Of a stretch of 64,000 nt of DNA, positions 56,635 to 64,000 are shown piece by piece (position 1 is the stretch's first letter; every line of letters begins with the position of its first letter). The notes under the pieces were generated by a model that saw only the letters and a list, made by a program, of their open reading frames with translations, did no database searches and was not told where the DNA came from. The translations under genes and the position numbers were made by a program. The DNA is from Entomortierella parvispora E1425 (taxonomy: Eukaryota; Fungi; Mortierellomycota): NCBI GenBank assembly GCA_020891255.1, contig BQFW01000014.1, positions 496,001 to 560,000 on the forward strand, in the 5' to 3' direction.

Positions 56635-59600
56635 TTATTCATTTGGACGTTGTCGCTTGCTGATCCGAGTACGGCAGTCGCAGTACAAGTCGAGCCATGT
56701 CGGATCGTCGTGGAGTATCACAAGAGCCTCGTTGGCGACATTTCGTCTAGCAACTCGGACCTGTAGATTGGTCGCGTGGAGGACCGGCTTCCCATGAATC
56801 ACCAAGGCACAGTCTTGTACCTGTGGTAGCTGAGCGGGCCTGTCATCCAAAACATCCAGGTCCTCATTTCTGACATACTGCTTCCAGGTCGTCTTTTGCT
56901 TTTGCTGCAAATGTCCAGGAGGGGTCTGTGGCAATTCTGGCGAAGACGTAAACGAGGAAGATGCACGCGTCAGAGCGGGAGAGGCGGGGCTTGAAGTCGG
57001 GGAGGGCGAAAGCGGAGTGGAAGGAGTCGATTCCAACGGGGAATCCTCATTGATCTTACTATCATCGCCATCCTGTTCTTCTCCAGAGGTCATGTTCCTA
57101 AGTCTGGCTTCTTGACATCCTGCTGCCGCGATACGTCTGAACATCTCAGCGACCGGTTGCCGTTTAAGAGTCTCCATGGAAATATGTTTCCCCAGGACTG
57201 GCAAGATGGTTCTCTCAAACACACCCTTCACCGCAGCAAAATCCCAATACGAATCCACCAGTACCGCCCCCAACACGCTCTCCAGGACGTCTCCCAAAGG
57301 CTTGGCCATGACAAACTCACTCCAATACTCGCCCTCCAACTCTTTGTTCTCATCTTTGGCATCATCTTTGGCCTCCTGGATCATACCCACTGCGCTGCCG
57401 ATATCGCTCGCAAGACTGGAGCTCGCGTGCATAATGTGCCGGTGCAAGCCCAACTCTACACAGAGGACACCCAAGATCTGATTGTTGACACTGGCAGACT
57501 TGATTTCATGAATCATACCAGGTCCAGAGACCGGGTAACGAGCAACCCAATGATGGGCTACCAACATGTCCAAAATTGAATCCCCCAGGAATTCGAGGCG
57601 CTGGTAACACGGTGTCCGAGGTCGAGGCCAGGACGCGTGTGTGAGAGCCTCCTCGAGCAAAAGGCGGTTCTTGAACCTGTAGCCAATGGTGGTTTCAATC
57701 TTGCTCAAGTCTCCCATCGACCCTGCAGCCAACGAGCTAGGACCCATAGAAAGGACAGAAGACGACGACATCGATGCGGACGATTCGGACAGAAGGCGCT
57801 GACGCTTTTGCTGGGCCTCTATATATGCAATGGGGAAATCCGACCAGGAGTCGATGCCGTGCAGAGGGTATACTAGCCTTTTTGTAGCCTGCAGTCCTAG
57901 CTCCATGTCACCCGACAGAAAAGCGGCACCCAAGAGGGCCTCGACCATATCTGCCATAGTTTTTTTTGATATTTTTTCCCTGTCCAAAAGTTCAGACGCA
58001 AGGGGGTCAACGAAAGTCGATGATTGATCTCTCTGGAAATCGGGATCTGTGAACGTTGATGATCTTGTTTGCTCTCCGTCTTGACATTGGCTACCCAGGT
58101 TGAGCTGCCCTCCCAAGTCATTGGGCAGCTCCGGAGATGGCGACACAGTTGTCGGTAAAGAGGCATGAAAGTGCTTGTTGACACGGGGTTTCCTTACAAT
58201 ATACCGATCCAGACGACTCTTCTCTGACCGCTTGAAAAGCCAGTCGTTCGTAATCCGGCCCGTTCTCTTCTCTGTCAGTTGGCCCTCATCCATGAGTGGA
58301 TGCCGGATAAAAAGGTCTACCGACACCACAAACTTGAGGAACGTATCGCCTAACAATTCCAGTCTCTGGTAATTCATCTTGTACCCCGCATCCGAAGATG
58401 TCAACGCCTCCAGGACCAGACTAGTTTCAACTTTCTGCAGTCCAAGTTCCTTCAAACACTCCTTTGCTTTGAGCAGTCCATCCAATCGATCCAGAACCGA
58501 TACAGCCCAGGAGGAAGAACGAAGGACACTGGCACTGATATGCGAAATTTGACAGAGTTCTGGGATCAGGAACCTGGCAGAAGATCGCATAGACCTTGCC
58601 TGCCGTGTGCCAGGCTGGAGATGATCCTGCAAGTTCTGGACTCTCTCAACTTCGATAATTGGCTGATTGAGATTCTGGATGTCTGTATCTCGCTTTTCTT
58701 TGTAGAGAGACGCAAACGTCATGACGCCGTCCAGTCCAGACTCGCGTCTTTCTACGTTCGAAGCCGACCGTGGGATCAATGATGTCGGAGTCAGGTCATT
58801 TCGAAGGGCCAAAGGAAAGTAGAACCGGTAGGTATCGCCACGCTCAAACAAGACAGCGTCTTGCATCCCATCCCATGAGAGTCGATCTTCAGGGATACCC
58901 CACTTTGGAGACTCGCCTGCGATCACAATCGATGCAAGCTTGACTTCGGCCCAGTCAATAAGGGACTTCAATTCCTCGTTAGCCCTCAGTGATCGGGCTC
59001 CTGGTCGCAACGGCGCAATGATATGCCTCATCCCTGACTCCGGCGAACCCATCATAGGCTCTTTGTGGAACAAGTGAGTGAACAGAGATTTTGCGTAGGC
59101 GTAGAGTTCGAGTACCAATGGAGTCTCCATGTCGATCGGCTGCCGGACAACTTGAAGATCAACAAACTTCGACGCTCCATTGAAAAAGAGTTCGATCGGA
59201 TCAAATTGTGGCAGTCGCTCCTTGGTCAGCAAGATCAGACTACGGTACTCATTGGGCGAAGCTGAAGATGTCTGGTCCTCTGTGCCCATGGGTCGTAAGG
59301 TCAGGATTGTCCCATAAAGTGTCACCTTGGCGACTGTGTGCGACGCTGGATTTCGCTCTGGTAATATGATCTTGTTATCCCAAAAGTCCGGCTGATGGGC
59401 AGGATACGAGAAAACATTGGCCTGTTCTGTCACCGCCCCAGCTCCTTCGTTATCATCCTCAAAGTCGGATGCTGGATCAACTTTTGTCAAGGCTTGCTTT
59501 TTGTGCGGCAGCATCCGGTCGCTTAAAAGCCCAAGCTCAAACAGCATCTTGCAGGCTTTGAAGGCTGCCGATCGTTTAGCCAACCGCTTTGACATGAATG

Positions 59601-61625
59601 TGTCCGACAGAAATTCGGTCACTGGAACATTCGGAGGTAGCGTCAGTCGGTACTGGTATTGGATCGGATGACCACCGATATCAATCTCTTTGAATTCAGG
59701 GGCCAATGTTGTATAGGCATCTCCCGGCAGCGACGAACAATAACGATAGAGCCGATCAATTGCGGACGAAAACGAGAGTCGTGCGCCGGTTGAAGGGACA
59801 AAGAATTCGGATTCAACCAATTGAAGCTCCAATTGCTCGCTTGCGAGGCTTGTCGGGTCCGTGATATCCTCTATATAGTTGGGGTCGGTACGAATGACAC
59901 GATCTTCAGGACGTTGACCACACCAGTCCCGCATCTGTTGCTCTTTGACCCTGATTTTCTCCAAAAAGCTCTCATCGCCATGGCGTTGCATTATCACATA
60001 ATCTGAGTTTGGGTCGCGGGCACGGCCCCTTGACTGAATGAAGCTGATCAGAGTATGCTTGTTATCGAACCTAGGTTGCGAATCAAAAAAAAAAAAAAAA
60101 AAAAGAGTAAAGATAAGTACCCGCTCTGTTTGACGTGGCGTCGAGTAAATTGACCTGCCGCTCAATGTCTTACCGGACTACAAGTCGACAGCGACGGATA
60201 TCAAGTCCCTCCTCGGCAACATCTGTTGCCACCAGCAGATTATAGACGTCCTTTCTGAATCCGTTCAGTGCTCTCTTCTGATCCCGCATTTGCATTTTTA
60301 ACTGCAAAATATCTTTGGTAGATCCATGGCCAGTGATCACAACTGGGCGGAGAAAATCCAGCCCTAGCCCACCTTGGTCCTCGTCCCCAGGGAACCTTTT
60401 TTTGCATTCGTTCAAGAAGTCGCAAATCACATGCGCTGTTGGCCGTCGTTCCACAAAGAGGATCCCACAGAACCCCTCTCTTGGACTTTGTCTCAAAACA
60501 TAGAGCAGGGTCTTCAGTTTTTCAGTCACGATAGTCAGCTCCTTGTCCAACAGCGGAGAGGGGATCTTAAGTGCCAACCTCTTTGCATCTTGAAGATCCT
60601 GAAGTTTTTGCTGACCTTTGAGAGTGTCATGCTGACCTGGGAAGGCTTCCTCGTCAATTCCCTCGAAAGCGTACTGCCAGATTTTAGCCGCACACCAAGG
60701 ACCGAGCTCATTTTGAGCAAAGAGGTAGTTGCTGAAGGCTTGACGCAAGTGCTTGCTACCCTCACAAAGATCTCTCAGGGCCGGAGGACAGGTATTTGCA
60801 AGTCTTTCATAGAGCGCTGCCTGCTCCAAGTAACTGGGATTGGTCATCTCAGGCTTGATGATAAGGGTTGGATTTCCATGAAACCAGACCTCCCGTTCTT
60901 CGGGTCGTTGGGTGTACTTCACGACCTCGGAGTAGGCAGCGGTATATATATCAGCGGACAAAGTGTCTTCCAATTGTCTAAATCAATGAGGATAGGCAAT
61001 GTTAATAATGTCATTTGTCTTTTGGTATCCTATTCTTTGCTCTTGATGTGCTGCCTACACTGCGGAGAAGGAGAACGTTCCCTTGTCCTTTGGTGGAGAA
61101 GCCGTCATTCCGAAGATTTTGGGTCGTCTCTCGTTCTCTTCTAGCCTGTCATAGAAATCCGTCATGATCTTGCGGTAATTGTGCTCCTTGGTAGCGTGGT
61201 GGCACTCGTCGAAGATGATGAGATCACACTAGAAGAAATAACATTAGATAATTGCCATTGGCACAGATGTTCTCCTGTGTTCCTCTTTGCCAGCTTTAGA
61301 AACTTACTTCCTGAATCTTTAAAAACGCACATTGAAAAATGTCAAAGAGGATCTGGCCCGTTAGGACAATGACCTCACGTTCTGCAAAGATGGCGTTCCA
61401 TCTCGCTTCATCATAATTGTCTACACCCATGGCTCCACAGATTGGCTCGACCTTGATGTCGCTGTTGTTTTCAATGTACTCGTATTGTTGAAAGACCAGC
61501 GGCACCTTGTTGACCACGAAGAATGACACCCGTTGCTATCAGGAGCACCATCAAGATATTGATTTCACATGTTAGACGCACAGCAGCTCTTGAAACTCCC
61601 ACGCACAAACGAATTTCGAGCTTTG

Positions 61626-61656
<31 letters not shown>

Positions 61657-61946
61657 GGCAAAGTAAACGAAGAGAGGAGCATGGCGAAGTAAAGGAGAAA
61701 GGGATATGGCAAAGTAAGGGATGAGGCAAAGCAAGTTTGAAGCAGACACATTACCTGGTTCCCTGTCTCCTTTGCAGTCTTTCGAGCTTGAGCAACAATA
61801 GCCCTGAGCAGCATGACCGAAATAAGGGTCTTTCCCGACCCCGTATCAGCGACAGCAATGACATTTCCCTCTACAGCCAGATTTGCGATTTTGAGCTGAT
61901 AGTCTCTTGGCTGATCGACAGCTCTCAAGGAAGGTTTTCCTGACAT
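56635..61946 (-). CDS. DCL: Dicer-like protein (DExH helicase, DUF283, PAZ-like, RNase IIIa/b, dsRBD); possible upstream start at 62123
   Basis: Exons 61946(62123)..61755, 61535..61308, 61228..61059, 60977..60174, 60070..56635. [84 protein letters not shown]. Confidence 0.96.
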
Positions 61947-63739
61947 TTTTCTCGGACAATGAAATACAGGGTTGTGACGACTGGGATAGAGACCTCTGTT
62001 GTAGAGTGGAGACGCGAAAGCAAGGGAGAGACGAGACGTTGCGGTCGAAAATGGTTTATGAAGGGGGAAACGTGGAGCACGAAGGGGAGCTGAAAGAAGG
62101 TGGAGAATCGACGAAGAAATCATTGGCGTTTGGTCGCTTCCTCAGGGGCTCAATTTTTATGGCCAAGTCACTTTGCCTCAGCATTTACGATCGCGCGATC
62201 TCCTCTCACGTGAGATCACGAAACGCGGGTCGGTTGCCCCTGCATGGTCCTTTACAAAAGAGTTTTGGTCGCGATAGCCCTGATAGGTCCCCACGTTTCG
62301 TGTCTTGACAGTGATCTGTTTGGACCTGCCATTGTCATTTATAAATGTCCTCGCGACCGTGTTCTTGCAAAGTACCGGCAGTTTAGTCGAGCAGGTCAAC
62401 TGGGAGACTGTGCCACTTGGTTGATCCAGCCCTGAACATTGAGAGGCATCTACGTGTTGTTCGATTCGAGAAGAATGCGATTTTAGCGATGTCGCGACCA
62501 CCAAGAACACCACTTTTTTCCCTTTTTTTTTCTTCAAAGATTGATATCATCTGGCTTACCATTGCTCCCCACCCAAAAATGACGGGTGCTATTGATTTCA
62601 GGTTGGACTACAGGAGAGTTGCTCAACAGGGAGGCAATGTCACCGTGCCTTGAAGACAGAGCCATTTCTACAGAGGAGGAGGAATCGCGAATGATATTAG
62701 AATCAGTTTGGGTAACTTGTAAAACTCGCTGTTACCTTTACCCAGGATTGCACACGCATCCATGCCCTCCTTGTATATCCTTCAATGAGACAGGAGAATG
62801 ATAGGGCGCTTCAGTGTCGTAGAGTCTACATCATTGTCGAGTATGATATGAACACCCCCCATACTGTCGGCCGATGGTGCATTCTGAGAGAGTGTTGGAG
62901 GAATCTGAAACTGGCCCTGTGTACGTTTGCGCTAAGAGTCGCCAGATGATGAGGAGACGAGCAGGGCAGCTATAAGAAGTGCCGTAAAAGACAAAAGGAC
63001 CATGGTCATTAATGTGAGTGGATGTCAAACGTGGGGGAGTGGAAAGAAAGGAAGGTGAAAGTGGCAAGAAGAAAAAAAAAAATGTGCTGCTGTGGCGATT
63101 CCGACATCTGAACTACAGTTGGGTATCCCTCCGTTGATTTTGAGCCGGGAGCCGCGCTTAGAAAATGCCTAGGATGAGATCATGAAAATACTTCTTCAAA
63201 AGTCGAAGCGCAGAGCCGGGTACGGGAAATCTGCTGGCGGCATAGAACTCAGGGGATGTCCTCGTGCCAATCAACGAGAATATTGCGGACTCTGGATTAC
63301 CCAGGATGGTTGCGCGTGGGCAACGACACACCGTACCGCTCCCCCCCCCCCCCCCCTTTTTTTACAATTGCCTGGTTTTGGCAAGCTTTGCACTCCTTTT
63401 TTTTGCCTCGTGCGATGTGGGCTGTAGTGTTTGAAAATGGCTTGTTCACCAGCATGGATGTGGGCTGTAGTTTACAGGGCATGCTGTTTTGTTTAGAGTC
63501 GAATCCAGTGAGCCCAAGCTAAGAGCCTGCTGCTGCAAATGGATGGGTAGAGAAGCTGTCCTCCTAGCGGCCAGGACCATCCGCATTCTTCCAAACTACG
63601 AACAATAACACCACACATTCTCCATCGGCTACAACAACATCGAGATCAGGCTTGGGGGGGGGGGGTTAATTCTGACGATTTATTATTTACATCGAAAAGA
63701 GGATGTCTATGAAGGAAGTGGTGGAGAGGGAGCGAGGAG

Positions 63740-63991
63740 TTAAGCGGCCTGAACGACACCTCTCTCCAGATCCGGGTTTTGGGTTGATGGACCCATCTCG
63801 ATAGTTTCAGCAGCTGCGGTGTTTGAGGGACGCTTCTCCATCTCTTCCTGGACCCAAGCCGCCGATCCGATGTTGGATCGCGCGTACAAGACCAACTCCA
63901 CCAAGACGAGCAAGCTGACGATCAACATGATGATTGTCCTGGCCTGCATGGCCCCACAAATGCCCACCACTTCGTTCGTCTGGGGGGACAT
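63740..63991 (-). CDS. Small single-TM protein (83 aa) or last exon of a gene extending beyond the right edge
   Basis: ATG in gccgccaagATG context, TM TIIMLIVSLLVLVELVLYA, tail ending DLERGVVQAA*. The frame stays open upstream to the window edge. Confidence 0.55.
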   Translation of the reverse strand: MSPQTNEVVGICGAMQARTIIMLIVSLLVLVELVLYARSNIGSAAWVQEEMEKRPSNTAAAETIEMGPSTQNPDLERGVVQAA

Positions 63992-64000
63992 CTTGGCGGC

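Noticed and set aside
62455-62480. GTTCGATTC, resembling a tRNA T-loop
   Set aside because: No T-stem pairing or cloverleaf around it.
1-64000. CRISPR arrays, rRNA, intact transposase or reverse transcriptase genes
   Set aside because: No regularly spaced repeat-spacer units, rRNA signatures or DDE/RT motifs were seen.

Overview
Eukaryotic, intron-containing fungal genomic DNA with GT-AG introns mostly 75-220 nt, many poly(A)/(GA)n tracts and poly-Q/S proteins. Gene content and style suggest an early-diverging fungus, probably Mortierellaceae (inference). About 21 protein-coding genes were reconstructed by hand. In order they are: a tandem array of four secreted type-B carboxylesterases carrying an N-terminal C-type-lectin-like module (the first runs off the left edge), cystinosin/ERS1, a coiled-coil protein, an anillin-like C2-PH protein, a RING/TRAF-zinc-finger protein, PEX11, an F-box/LRR (Amn1-like) protein, MRS2, BMS1, a Cps1-like processive GT2 synthase, a Tsp2-like tetraspanin, a secreted Kex2-site-containing Ser/Pro/Gly-rich protein, two small hypothetical proteins, TilS, a complete Dicer and a small membrane ORF at the right edge. 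No rRNA, tRNA, CRISPR array or intact transposon was recognised. The most notable leads are three. First, an in-frame upstream ATG adds a mitochondrial-presequence-like 59-aa extension to Dicer. Second, the lectin-like-esterase array shows active-site diversification and an intron unique to one copy. Third, the GT2 is a candidate wall-polysaccharide synthase. Exon boundaries were read manually and need RNA-seq confirmation.
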